This document shows, piece by piece, positions 1 through 8,823 of a DNA stretch of 32,000 bases. The position numbers and the translations under genes were made by a program. The stretch spans positions 2,280,001-2,312,000 of the forward strand of contig CP091279.1 in NCBI GenBank assembly GCA_021650915.1, written 5' to 3'. The notes beneath the pieces are model-generated. The model was not told the origin of the DNA. It saw only the letters and a program-made list of their open reading frames with translations, and made no database searches. The stretch's first letter is position 1, and every line of letters begins with the position of its first letter. The stretch is from Candidatus Brocadia sp. (GTDB lineage: Bacteria; Planctomycetota; Brocadiia; Brocadiales; Brocadiaceae).

Positions 1-185
1 ATAGTACACTATATTAAGTTGACAATTATCATTACGTTACGTAAGCAGTAACGCAATAAAATACCACATTTAGAAGGCAATTTCAAGGAAAACTTGCCTG
101 ATGATGGTTCCATTTTTGACCGGATAATTTTTTTCGATATGATTTTCTCTTTTGAAATCACGGGTACGCATCCATACCTGCTATT

Positions 186-1040
186 TTAAAAAAATCCATC
201 TCTTTTTACCTCCTCAATCTCAAACCGCTCATCCACTTTTTTCAAGTAACCCATGCACAACGCAGGGTCATGCTGAAAGATCAGGAGCCAGTGCTCTTCA
301 AACGCCTGTTGCAGTATTTTCTTTTTGTTCTCCAGGGTTTCCAGGGGGAATAAATCGTATCCAGAAATGTAGGGATACTGAAGATGTGCTGTGGTGGGGA
401 TGAGATCAGCCAGAAAAAATGCTATGCCTCCCTGGGATTCGATTTTTACACACTGATGATGACGGGTATGCCCTCCTGTTTTTATAAGCGAGACACCCAT
501 ATCCACCTCTATGATCTCTTCTTGTACGACAGAGAGCAACCCGGCGTCGGCTAATGGCAAAAAGTCTTCGGCCAGATAACTTGCCCTGGTCCTTTCATTG
601 GAGTTTATAGCAGCATCCATCTCGCCTTTCTGGACAAGATATCTTGCCTTTGGAAAGGTGGGTACAATTCCTTTTTTTTTATCCATGGTTGTATTGCCAC
701 CGGCATGGTCAAAATGGAGGTGGGTATTGATGACGATATCGATGTTTTCAGGTCGATAGCCAACGTGTTTAAGCGATTCCAACAAATGATATCCTTTATC
801 AATCCCATACCTTTGACAAAATTTTTCATCATGCTTTGATCCAATTCCCGTGTCGATCAGGATGTTATGGTGTCCAGTTGCAATCAAGAGGCAATGAAGC
901 GATAACCGTATCCTGTTCTTACTGTCGGGAGGATAAACCTTTTCCCATAGAACACGAGGTACAATCCCAAAAACCGCCCCGCCGTCCAGATACAGATCGC
1001 TATCATTTACCGGATAAATTGTAAATGTGCCCAGCTTCAT
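186..1040 (-). CDS. MBL-fold metallo-hydrolase (lactonase-like)
   Basis: Within ORF 186..1145. It has the HxHxDH zinc motif (THLHFDHAGG) and a later GGHTRHH. I place the start at ATG 1040 (MKLGTF...) because GGAGAAGGGGAAAG lies directly upstream on the minus strand. The track start at 1145 is a GTG with no RBS. Confidence 0.85.
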   Translation of the reverse strand: MKLGTFTIYPVNDSDLYLDGGAVFGIVPRVLWEKVYPPDSKNRIRLSLHCLLIATGHHNILIDTGIGSKHDEKFCQRYGIDKGYHLLESLKHVGYRPENIDIVINTHLHFDHAGGNTTMDKKKGIVPTFPKARYLVQKGEMDAAINSNERTRASYLAEDFLPLADAGLLSVVQEEIIEVDMGVSLIKTGGHTRHHQCVKIESQGGIAFFLADLIPTTAHLQYPYISGYDLFPLETLENKKKILQQAFEEHWLLIFQHDPALCMGYLKKVDERFEIEEVKRDGFF

Positions 1041-1230
1041 CTTTCCCCTTCTCCCTGAGGCGTGTACTCCTGCCAAGATAATATCCTGATAAAACCGGCT
1101 TGGGTCAGAACCGTGATGACTACGAATGGCCGGTCGTGTTAACACGATCTCCGGTACGACACCATGCCCAGAAATACAAATCCCTTGTTGGGCACCGGAG
1201 ATTGAAACTTTCCGGTAACCCTTACGTTTT

Positions 1231-1309
1231 GAAAAAAAGCAGGGGCGAAGTTTTTGCCAGTATGAACACGCACATATCCATACCGATTATGGCAAATGCT
1301 TCGCCCCTG
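1231..1309 (-). terminator. Probable rho-independent terminator of the acs operon
   Basis: Twenty-nt arms at 1240-1259 and 1290-1309 pair with 2 mismatches. On the minus strand they are followed by a T7 run (A-run 1232-1238 on plus). The site is about 140 nt downstream of the acsE stop. Confidence 0.6.
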
Positions 1310-1326
1310 TGAGTAAGGTTTTCATA

Positions 1327-1366
1327 CCTCTCCTTCATTCCCTCATCGAGAATGAGGGGAGAGAGG
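1327..1366 (-). repeat. Pyrimidine/purine-rich hairpin downstream of acsE
   Basis: Inner stem CCCTCAT (1340-1346) / ATGAGGG (1352-1358) and outer stem CCTCTC (1327-1332) / GAGAGG (1361-1366). The architecture and 5' arm resemble the hairpin at 8629-8672. Confidence 0.5.
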
Positions 1367-1448
1367 GCTGATTATGTTGATTGTGGCTTCGCGGTATCAA
1401 ATAAAAGTATGATTTTTCTAAGAAAAACACACCGTTTTAAGCATATTT

Positions 1449-2234
1449 TTATTTTCTGCATGCCGTCAGATAGGAATCACTGTAAAGATGCTGATTCATG
1501 ATAATCTCTGCGGTTATTGCGGCGTCCATTAAGTCCTTGTCAAGCACGTCCATGACTGCCGCATCCAGTCCGTAGGAGATTCCCATCGTCAGGAACACCC
1601 GAGCCAAAAGCCGCTTTTCCTTTGTTCCCTGCGAAAAGTTGCTCAACCCTACGTTCCTGTGTGGCGGCGGGTCAGAAATCATCTTAATCTGATTGAAGAT
1701 ATCAAACATGAGCGCTGGTTGCTTCTGATCAACATTAATAGGGAAAAGTATGGGATCAATGTATACCTTAGACAGCTCATATTCGTGCTCCACGGCCTTT
1801 TCAACAATCTTCATGGCAAATTCCATGCGACGTTCGACGTCCTGCGGAATGCCGGTTTTGTCCATGGTCAGACATATCAGTGATGCATTATATTCCTTGG
1901 CTATGGACATGAATTTATCCAATTCTTCCGGGTCCCCTTTTGAAGAATTGATTAAGATTTCGTTCTTTGCAACCGACAACCCTGCCTTTACCACATCAAA
2001 TTTCTGGCTATCAATGGCAATCGGCGTCTTTACCGTGTCCTGAACGACCTCAATCAGCCATTTCATTGCCTCGACAGGGTCAGCTGCAGCAGTGCCCACG
2101 TTCACGTCCAGAAAGCTCGCTCCTGCCTCCGTCTGTTTTATGGCAAGTTCCCTTACCGCCTTCGGATCTTTATTCTTTATCGCCTCTCGTACGTCTTTAA
2201 ACATACCATTAATGCGCTCACCGATCGAAATCAT
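1449..2234 (-). CDS. acsE: Methyltetrahydrofolate:corrinoid/iron-sulfur protein methyltransferase
   Basis: 261 aa, collinear with Moorella AcsE as I recall it (MxxIGERINGMF..., YIDPILxPxNV, GLSNxSQ, GLDAAxxD). ATG start with an AAAGGA upstream. Confidence 0.95.
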   Translation of the reverse strand: MISIGERINGMFKDVREAIKNKDPKAVRELAIKQTEAGASFLDVNVGTAAADPVEAMKWLIEVVQDTVKTPIAIDSQKFDVVKAGLSVAKNEILINSSKGDPEELDKFMSIAKEYNASLICLTMDKTGIPQDVERRMEFAMKIVEKAVEHEYELSKVYIDPILFPINVDQKQPALMFDIFNQIKMISDPPPHRNVGLSNFSQGTKEKRLLARVFLTMGISYGLDAAVMDVLDKDLMDAAITAEIIMNQHLYSDSYLTACRK

Positions 2235-2268
2235 CGTATGTTTATCCTTTCTTGAAAATTCTTACGCT

Positions 2269-3228
2269 TTAATATAAACGATCAATACACTTTTTCACCG
2301 TAGCAACGGCCTTGGGATGGTTCATACGGATAATATCAACGCCAGACTGCAACAAACCAACAGCCGTAATGGCCTCCCACATGGGCCCTCTCTCGTCCCG
2401 CGTTCCCCACTGAGGAACTTCTTTATCGTCAGATTTCGACTCCTTGGTTCTCCATGCCTCATGCCCGACGTCGCAGATCACGGGCATTGACATCATCTTA
2501 TCACCCGTAAGCGCAGCCAGACGTTCACGTTCCTGAATAGAATAGGTGTACTCCAAACCGTAGCCGAGGGCGCCGGTTGACTGGAACATCACGATCCGAT
2601 TGAGCGGAAAATCCATTTCTGACACAAGGATATTGACCTGTTTTGCAATATTGATATCTACCGGGGCCAAAGTAATGAGTGCATGTCCGTCCGCCAGGCA
2701 GGTGGCGGTAAGCGTCTTGTAATTATCCTGGGTAACCACCCCCATCAGACAACATTCCCCTTTTGCAGCCTGGCTTACCTTGGGCATGATCTCATTATCT
2801 TTTTCGTCGTGTTCGCATCCCCAGATAATCAGGGGAACGCCTACTGCGGCAAGGATCGACTTTACCGTTTTGACCGTTTGTTCTGCGGTTTTATTGCCCT
2901 TATCAGGATGAATCCCCTCCAATTTGAGGCAGATTAAATCGGCGCCGTACTGTTCCACGCATTTTTTTGCCCATTGTGCAGGGTCATGAAGGACATCCGC
3001 AAAAGGTTTTGTCAGGGTTTCCGGCCAGTCTTCCGGCGGCACGTCATAGACATCCATGGCAACCACGGGCTTTTGGCCGGGACTTCCCTCAAAATCCATA
3101 AAAGGGATACTTTTTGCGCCACCAACGGTAATCGTCTGCGTCCTCGTGCCTCCCTTGTCTTTTGTGGCGCCAAGGATAATTTCATTGACCGTACCCGACC
3201 ACTTGTCAGCTACATTTGGTATTTCCAT
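2269..3228 (-). CDS. acsD: Corrinoid iron-sulfur protein small subunit
   Basis: 319 aa. It has the strings LGATKDxGGTR, YGADLIxLKL, MPVICxVGxEAWRxKE and GxxWEAxTA typical of AcsD/CdhD. AGGAGA RBS lies 7 nt upstream of the ATG. Confidence 0.95.
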   Translation of the reverse strand: MEIPNVADKWSGTVNEIILGATKDKGGTRTQTITVGGAKSIPFMDFEGSPGQKPVVAMDVYDVPPEDWPETLTKPFADVLHDPAQWAKKCVEQYGADLICLKLEGIHPDKGNKTAEQTVKTVKSILAAVGVPLIIWGCEHDEKDNEIMPKVSQAAKGECCLMGVVTQDNYKTLTATCLADGHALITLAPVDINIAKQVNILVSEMDFPLNRIVMFQSTGALGYGLEYTYSIQERERLAALTGDKMMSMPVICDVGHEAWRTKESKSDDKEVPQWGTRDERGPMWEAITAVGLLQSGVDIIRMNHPKAVATVKKCIDRLY

Positions 3229-3320
3229 TCATTTCTCTCCTACCAATCCGTTCCATAACTAAAAAATCTCACTATGCTTGCCATGCTGCCGGCAAATCCA
3301 TTAATCAGGTTGTCATCAGC

Positions 3321-3346
3321 TGGTTCAATCGTCCACGATTGAACCA
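3321..3346. repeat. Perfect palindrome TGGTTCAATCG-tcca-CGATTGAACCA
   Basis: Read directly from the sequence: an 11-bp stem with a 4-nt loop, in the acsF-acsD spacer. Confidence 0.9.
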
Positions 3347-3412
3347 AAACATTTGGCATTCTTCTCATGACAAGCGCTAATTTCAAACTTGTTTATCCCA
3401 TTCAAAATGGGC

Positions 3413-3435
3413 GGTTCAATCTACAAGATTGAACC
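3413..3435. repeat. Second copy of the palindrome, GGTTCAATCT-aca-AGATTGAACC
   Basis: Read directly from the sequence: a 10-bp stem sharing the GGTTCAATC/GATTGAACC half-sites with 3321-3346. A half-site CGATTGAA recurs at 3458-3465. Confidence 0.9.
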
Positions 3436-3480
3436 AGCACAAAGGTTTTGCAAACTACGATTGAAATTCATCGCCCTCTA

Positions 3481-3583
3481 GTGTACAGACATATTAATAA
3501 CGAAACATATAAATGCTGTTTTGCAGCACTATATAACTATAATTGTCCACAATATATAATTCGTAATTAATATGTCTGTATAC
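3481..3583. repeat. 18-bp inverted repeat pair enclosing an AT-rich 67-bp core
   Basis: GTGTACAGACATATTAAT (3481-3498) against ATTAATATGTCTGTATAC (3566-3583), with 1 mismatch. The right arm ends on the stop codon of the cooC/acsF gene. Confidence 0.8.
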
Positions 3584-4374
3584 TAGGAACTGCCAGATAC
3601 GCTCTTTTCAAGCATGCTTGCCGGCAGGTGTTTCTGCAGAAACTTCCCCAGTTTCTGATAAAGCTCATTTTCACGGGAAATTTCAAACACCGAAGCGCCA
3701 CATGCCGCCGTATCATAAACCTCCTGATCAAAGGGAAAAATCGCAGCTATTTCAATCCCCAGGCTGCTTAACTTCTGCTGCAAATTTTCATGAATACCAT
3801 TCCGGGGAACCCGGTTTAAGATGCAAAACTTTTGTCTGATGGTAACCGGCAGCGAGTCGGCTAATGCAAGGATCCTTTGTAACGTCAACGCCCCCACAAT
3901 CGTTGGTTCACTGACGATCAGCAGGAGATCAACATTATTCGTCGTCCTGCGTGAGAGATGTTCCATCCCTGCCTCATTGTCCGTAACAATGAACGGATAC
4001 GTCGTCCCAACTTTATCCAGGTATTTGCGAAGGAGATTGTTCACGTAGCAATAGCACTTCGGCCCTTCCGGCCTGCCCATCGTTAAAAGGTCAAATTTCT
4101 CCTTTTCGAGAATCGACTCCTCGATCGCATACTCAATATACCGATCCTTTGACATCCCGGAAAAATCCACTTTTTTCTCCACGATGTCTTCACGAAGATC
4201 GGCAACGGTGTTTTGCACGTGCAGACCAAGCAATGAACCGAGAGACGCATTCGGATCGGCATCCACCGCGGAAACCGGCTTGCCAATCTCTTCGGTAATA
4301 TATCGAATAATAAGAGCGGAAAGGGTCGATTTTCCCGTTCCCCCTTTTCCTGCCACCGCAATATGAAAAGCCAT
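3583..4374 (-). CDS. acsF: CooC-type Ni-insertion accessory ATPase (AcsF-like)
   Basis: 263 aa with a deviant Walker A (GKGGTGKST) and a CxC metal motif (KCYCY). It starts 12 nt after the acsV stop. Confidence 0.9.
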   Translation of the reverse strand: MAFHIAVAGKGGTGKSTLSALIIRYITEEIGKPVSAVDADPNASLGSLLGLHVQNTVADLREDIVEKKVDFSGMSKDRYIEYAIEESILEKEKFDLLTMGRPEGPKCYCYVNNLLRKYLDKVGTTYPFIVTDNEAGMEHLSRRTTNNVDLLLIVSEPTIVGALTLQRILALADSLPVTIRQKFCILNRVPRNGIHENLQQKLSSLGIEIAAIFPFDQEVYDTAACGASVFEISRENELYQKLGKFLQKHLPASMLEKSVSGSS

Positions 4375-4386
4375 ACCTATTCCTTT

Positions 4387-6315
4387 TTATGAAACCATCA
4401 GTTCCTCTGCAACGGATGGAAATTTTTCAATATCGGTATGCGGCAAAAAGTTTGCCGATACATACTCCTCCATGTATTTATTATTGCTCATGAGATCAAA
4501 ATACGTCATCCGCGATGCAATGCTTCCGGCAACTTCATAGGCGTCTTTTGCAAGCAGGGTCATCTTCGCTCCAAGGACGGAGGTATTCCCCACAAACTGC
4601 ACCCTTGAAACGGATACGTCGGGAAGCATCCCAATGGTGATTGCGCTCCGTATGTCGAGATAATTTCCAAACCCGCCCGCAAGATAGAGATGTTCAATGT
4701 TATTTGCTTCCATTCCCATGGATTCAAGCAGGGTAGAGATTGCCGAATAGATCGCCGCTTTTGACCGCATGAGATTCTGAATGTCAGCCTGGGTAATAAC
4801 GACATCCCGTTTTGTGGCAGTTTCGCTCCTGTCAACGAGGATAAATTCATATCCATTGTCCGTCCTTCTCAAACGGTCTGAGCGGATTCCTTTCTGGAAA
4901 TTGCCGGTCCGGTCAATGACTCCGCTTCTGACAAGATTCGCCAGGCAGTCCAGAAGTCCCGACCCACAGATACCACTCGCCGGGGTGTCTCCTATAGTCT
5001 TGTACGTAACATCAAAATTTTTGGTAACCGACACCTTTTCAATAGCGCCCTTAGCCGCACGGGTGCCACAGGAGATGCCACTGCCTTCAAAAGAAGGGCC
5101 GGCCGATGCGGAACAGCACACCATCCAGTCTTTATTGCCCAGCACGATCTCACCATTCGTGCCAATATCAACAAGCAGCGACAACTTCTCTGCCTTGTCC
5201 AATCTGATTGCCAGGGCGCCGGAAGAAATATCGCCGCCCACATAAGCGCCAACACACGGGAGGGTATAGAGCAGGCCATTGTTATTCATTTTTATCCCTA
5301 CCTCATGCGCCCTTAACGGAGGCACAAAGCTTGCCGTTGGGAGATACGGCTCTTTTCTGATATTCGTAGGGTCCAATCCCAGGAGGAAATGGGTCATTAC
5401 CGTATTTCCCGCACACACCACCGCATGGATATCATGGATACTGAGGTGATTTCTCTTTACCAGGGTAGAAATGAGATGGTTAATGTCTTCAACAAGCACC
5501 TCCTGCATGAGCTCCATGGCGTTATTTTCAGCAGCGTACATAATCCTCTGAATATAATCGTCTCCATACTTAATCTGAGAATTGTAGGTTGCCTCAATAT
5601 CGATCGTCTCACCGCGGGAAAGATTCATGAGGTGTGCAACCACGGTGGTTGTCCCCACGTCTACCGCAACACCATAGTTTCCTTCGCTGACATTGCCACC
5701 CTGCATTTCCATAATTTCGACCGAAGAACCCCGGTATCCCAGCGTCACCGTCACCTTCCAGTCACTGTTCCTTACCATATGAGGAAGGCGTTTGAGAACA
5801 TCGAGATTTGTAGTCAGTTTTTCCAGCGGGATATGGGTTTTTACCATAATTTCCCTGCACAGTCGCTCATAATCCGCCATACTATCATCCAGGGTAGGTT
5901 GCGACAGTTCGAGATACACCTTCTTTACCAACGGGTCCCGCGGGAAATGTTCTACCTGCGCAGTGGCTGCTGCCAGGGAGCCAGAAAATTGAGGAAATTC
6001 ACTGACAAGGATTTGACTTTTATCAAGCTTCGATTCTTCGGGAATGATTACTTCCACGTTGCCCATTACCTTCGTACTGCATGCAAGGACATATCCCTTT
6101 TGCGCCTCTGATACTGACACATGCGTTGTAGGCATGCTTTCAATCATACCGGAACCCAGAATGACTTTACACTTGCCACACGTGCCGTCACCGCCACACA
6201 GGGCATTGATAAACAGATCCCCCTTATACGCGGCATCGAGGATCGTTTTCCCCTTCTCAATCTCTACGGTGACATCAACGGGAAAGAAGTGTACTTTACT
6301 GCGTGAGTTTTCCAT
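4387..6315 (-). CDS. acsV: Reductive activator of the corrinoid Fe-S protein (RACo/AcsV): 2Fe-2S ferredoxin domain plus ASKHA ATPase domain
   Basis: 642 aa. N-terminal plant-type ferredoxin cysteines (CGGDGTCGKCKV...C), then an actin-like ATPase body (VDVGTTT, DIGTNGE, LAGGFG). The acs operon context supports the call. Confidence 0.85.
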   Translation of the reverse strand: MENSRSKVHFFPVDVTVEIEKGKTILDAAYKGDLFINALCGGDGTCGKCKVILGSGMIESMPTTHVSVSEAQKGYVLACSTKVMGNVEVIIPEESKLDKSQILVSEFPQFSGSLAAATAQVEHFPRDPLVKKVYLELSQPTLDDSMADYERLCREIMVKTHIPLEKLTTNLDVLKRLPHMVRNSDWKVTVTLGYRGSSVEIMEMQGGNVSEGNYGVAVDVGTTTVVAHLMNLSRGETIDIEATYNSQIKYGDDYIQRIMYAAENNAMELMQEVLVEDINHLISTLVKRNHLSIHDIHAVVCAGNTVMTHFLLGLDPTNIRKEPYLPTASFVPPLRAHEVGIKMNNNGLLYTLPCVGAYVGGDISSGALAIRLDKAEKLSLLVDIGTNGEIVLGNKDWMVCCSASAGPSFEGSGISCGTRAAKGAIEKVSVTKNFDVTYKTIGDTPASGICGSGLLDCLANLVRSGVIDRTGNFQKGIRSDRLRRTDNGYEFILVDRSETATKRDVVITQADIQNLMRSKAAIYSAISTLLESMGMEANNIEHLYLAGGFGNYLDIRSAITIGMLPDVSVSRVQFVGNTSVLGAKMTLLAKDAYEVAGSIASRMTYFDLMSNNKYMEEYVSANFLPHTDIEKFPSVAEELMVS

Positions 6316-6450
6316 GTGTTTGACCTGAAGTGATCATTTTTAAATACCTTTGTCGTAATATCTTTTACAATCTTCTTTATTTGTGTACGTTTCGAAATAT
6401 ATCCTGGCTTTCCCCTTTTTTAAGGGGACATAGTTGCGGGCTACACTCTC

Positions 6451-7791
6451 TCATGCTTTCCATACCGTTTTCAGGTAGGATGGAAGACCGGAAGCTTCCC
6501 GCGGACCCACCAGGATTTCCCAGCCAAGGGTCTCCTGAAGTTTCCCGGACATCACGGCAACGAGACCGGGAATTATCAATTTCTTGTGCTTTACCTTGGT
6601 GTCAACCTGCGCATCCGTCATGGCCTTCGCAACCACCTTGTCATTTAATTTATCTCCGGAGTACGCAGTTAACACAGAAGTGCCGCCCGTATCGACCGAT
6701 AAAATATATGCAGGCACCCGGCTCGACTCAACCTCCCCCTCAACCGTATAATAGGTAAGTGAGAAGTTCGTGGTAAACAATATGGGGGAATCGTCCTTCA
6801 CGTCTCCAACGGCATACAACCGTGGTTCCACCTGTATGGGCTTTTGCGGATCCGTAAAGATATTTGTCCTGGCAGTAAGCAGGGGCATAATTGCCCACGG
6901 CTCGCATGCATTTACGGCAACAATACCGGCATACTTCAGCAAATAGGTGCTTGCCAGCGCAATTTCCTGGAATGGATCTTCATCACAGACAAAGGTAATC
7001 ATCGGAAATCCAAGGGCGCGAAAATTCTTCTTTAGGGCAAGTCGTCTCACCTTCGTAAGTTTTTGCAACACCTCTTTGGGATTGCCACCTCCCACATCTA
7101 AAATAATCTCCTCAACACCGGCCTTTTTGGCGCGTTCGGCAAGATCGGTAAGCTCTTCAAGTGCCTGAGCCGTTACGGTCATCGGGCACTTCTTTTCCTG
7201 CGCAAGCGCCGCCATTGCTTCACAGTTTCCTGCACCTGCGCCATGAATCAGGGGCCTCTTTTCAGCACAATTTTGCAGGGCAGCTTTCATATTGTCCGCC
7301 GACGCACTACTGAGAATAATATTTAAGTGAGAGCCGGCGCTTACCTTCTTTGCCGCCTCGGCAAATTTATCCGCAGCGTTGCTCTTGTTTATAATGGCGA
7401 TCAGATCAATCTCGATTTCCGTGCCAACGCGGGTAAGCTTCAGACTGTTAATCTTTTTTAACCGGTCGTTAAAGGCAGCCTCACTCAGGTCGTCATCGAT
7501 AGTAACGGCAACACCCGTAGGATGATAAAATTTCTCTTCATGTCTGAACAGGACATTTTCCTCACCCACCTGAACTTGTCTGGCGCCCGACCCGACCGTC
7601 ACGAGTTTAATGGGAGGGGCCGCAGCCGCTCCCAGCACCTTCTTCGCCTCTTCGCTTACATCCGGACAATCTGACAGGTTTGCCTTTTTCTGCGCCAATT
7701 GCATCGCAAACGCCAGACAGGTAGGCCTCCCACACTTTTTGCAATTTGTTTTGGGAAGGAGTTTGTAAATGTCTAATCCCGTTAGTGCCAT
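6451..7791 (-). CDS. acsC: Corrinoid iron-sulfur protein large subunit
   Basis: 446 aa. The N-terminus MALTGLDIYKLLPKTNCKKCGxPTCLAFAM carries the 4Fe-4S binding motif, and the length and collinearity match AcsC. Confidence 0.95.
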   Translation of the reverse strand: MALTGLDIYKLLPKTNCKKCGRPTCLAFAMQLAQKKANLSDCPDVSEEAKKVLGAAAAPPIKLVTVGSGARQVQVGEENVLFRHEEKFYHPTGVAVTIDDDLSEAAFNDRLKKINSLKLTRVGTEIEIDLIAIINKSNAADKFAEAAKKVSAGSHLNIILSSASADNMKAALQNCAEKRPLIHGAGAGNCEAMAALAQEKKCPMTVTAQALEELTDLAERAKKAGVEEIILDVGGGNPKEVLQKLTKVRRLALKKNFRALGFPMITFVCDEDPFQEIALASTYLLKYAGIVAVNACEPWAIMPLLTARTNIFTDPQKPIQVEPRLYAVGDVKDDSPILFTTNFSLTYYTVEGEVESSRVPAYILSVDTGGTSVLTAYSGDKLNDKVVAKAMTDAQVDTKVKHKKLIIPGLVAVMSGKLQETLGWEILVGPREASGLPSYLKTVWKA

Positions 7792-7928
7792 GCTCCACTA
7801 TCCTTTCACATAAAGAAACGTGCGCAGCATCAAATGAAGAACCACCCATTCACCCTCATTTATAAAAGAGAGGAACAAAGGTGGTTCTCCAACAAAACCC
7901 AAGTGATCGTGCGCAACTTACCATAATA

Positions 7929-8567
7929 CTATGCTTTTAAATCACCACTCGTCTGAATAATTTTACTGACCAATCCATATTTGAAGGCCTCTTCAGCGGA
8001 CATCCAGAAATTCCTCTTCGTGTCCGACTCTACCTTTTCCAGGGGCTGTCCCGTCTCAACAGAAATCAAACGGTTAATTTTTTCCCTGCATTTCAGGATT
8101 TCGCTGGCTTCTATCTGAATATCAGCCGCGGTGCCATGAATCCCTGTGGAAGGCTGATGAATAAGCACGCGGGCATTGGACAAACTGAACCGGTTTTCTC
8201 TTTTTGCACCCAGCAGGATAATCACCGCAGCGCTGGCAGCAACTCCCGCGCAGATCGCCTTGACCTTCGGTTTTATAAACCGCATCATATCAAAGATAGC
8301 AAAACCCGCATCAGCATCTCCGCCCGGAGAATTAATGAACATCTTAATATCCTCATTGCTCTCCCCTTCAAGGAGGATAAGCTGCGTCATGATCTGTTGT
8401 GCCATCTTCTTATTTACCTCGTCTGAAACCATAACCGTCCGCGTCTTTAACAATCGCGCGATCAGATCGCCTCCGGAACGCTTTTCCTTCTCCTCACCAG
8501 CGCCTTCTTCCTGCATACATAGAACCTGCCTCTTTCCAATGAAAGGGATCGGCATATCAAAGATCAT
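7929..8567 (-). CDS. clpP: ClpP-family protease subunit, atypical (Ser-His-Asn)
   Basis: 212 aa with FINSPGG, GVAASAA (Ser) and LIHQP (His). The position of E. coli D171 (ERDRFLSAPEAVEYGLVD) reads KRNFWMSAEEAFKYGLVS, so it is Asn. GGAG lies 7 nt upstream of ATG 8567. Confidence 0.9.
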   Translation of the reverse strand: MIFDMPIPFIGKRQVLCMQEEGAGEEKEKRSGGDLIARLLKTRTVMVSDEVNKKMAQQIMTQLILLEGESNEDIKMFINSPGGDADAGFAIFDMMRFIKPKVKAICAGVAASAAVIILLGAKRENRFSLSNARVLIHQPSTGIHGTAADIQIEASEILKCREKINRLISVETGQPLEKVESDTKRNFWMSAEEAFKYGLVSKIIQTSGDLKA

Positions 8568-8628
8568 GTATAAACTCCAGAATGAAAAACAGATAAAATT
8601 ACAGCAAACACTACGGTAAACAAATCAA

Positions 8629-8672
8629 CCTCCCTTCCATTCTCTCTTGTTGAAAGAGAGACAGAAGGGAGG
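8629..8672 (-). repeat. Two-tier hairpin between acsB and clpP
   Basis: CCTCCCTTC (8629-8637) / GAAGGGAGG (8664-8672) encloses TCTCTCTT (8641-8648) / AAGAGAGA (8654-8661). Confidence 0.7.
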
Positions 8673-8823
8673 TAACAATCAATATTCTTCGCGGGTTTGT
8701 AACTTGACGTACACGTACGGGAATTTCAAACCAAGACTCTACGGTCGCTTTACTCCCTCAGAATGACAAAGACAGTTTTATCCACCTTTTTGCCAAAAAT
8801 GCCTGCATTACCTTGGTACAATA

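Noticed and set aside
152-403. 83-aa plus-strand ORF at the window start
   Set aside because: It is antisense to the C-terminal part of the MBL-fold hydrolase gene and has no supporting signals.
1041-1145. N-terminal extensions given by the ORF track (1145, 13099, 13986, 24622, 19107)
   Set aside because: These begin at GTG or TTG codons without an RBS. In each case an internal ATG preceded by a good Shine-Dalgarno coincides with the conserved family N-terminus.
3321-3435. Twin palindromes considered as a mini CRISPR array
   Set aside because: There are only two full copies, each is a short self-complementary hairpin, there is no regular repeat-spacer periodicity beyond one interval, and there are no cas genes in the window.
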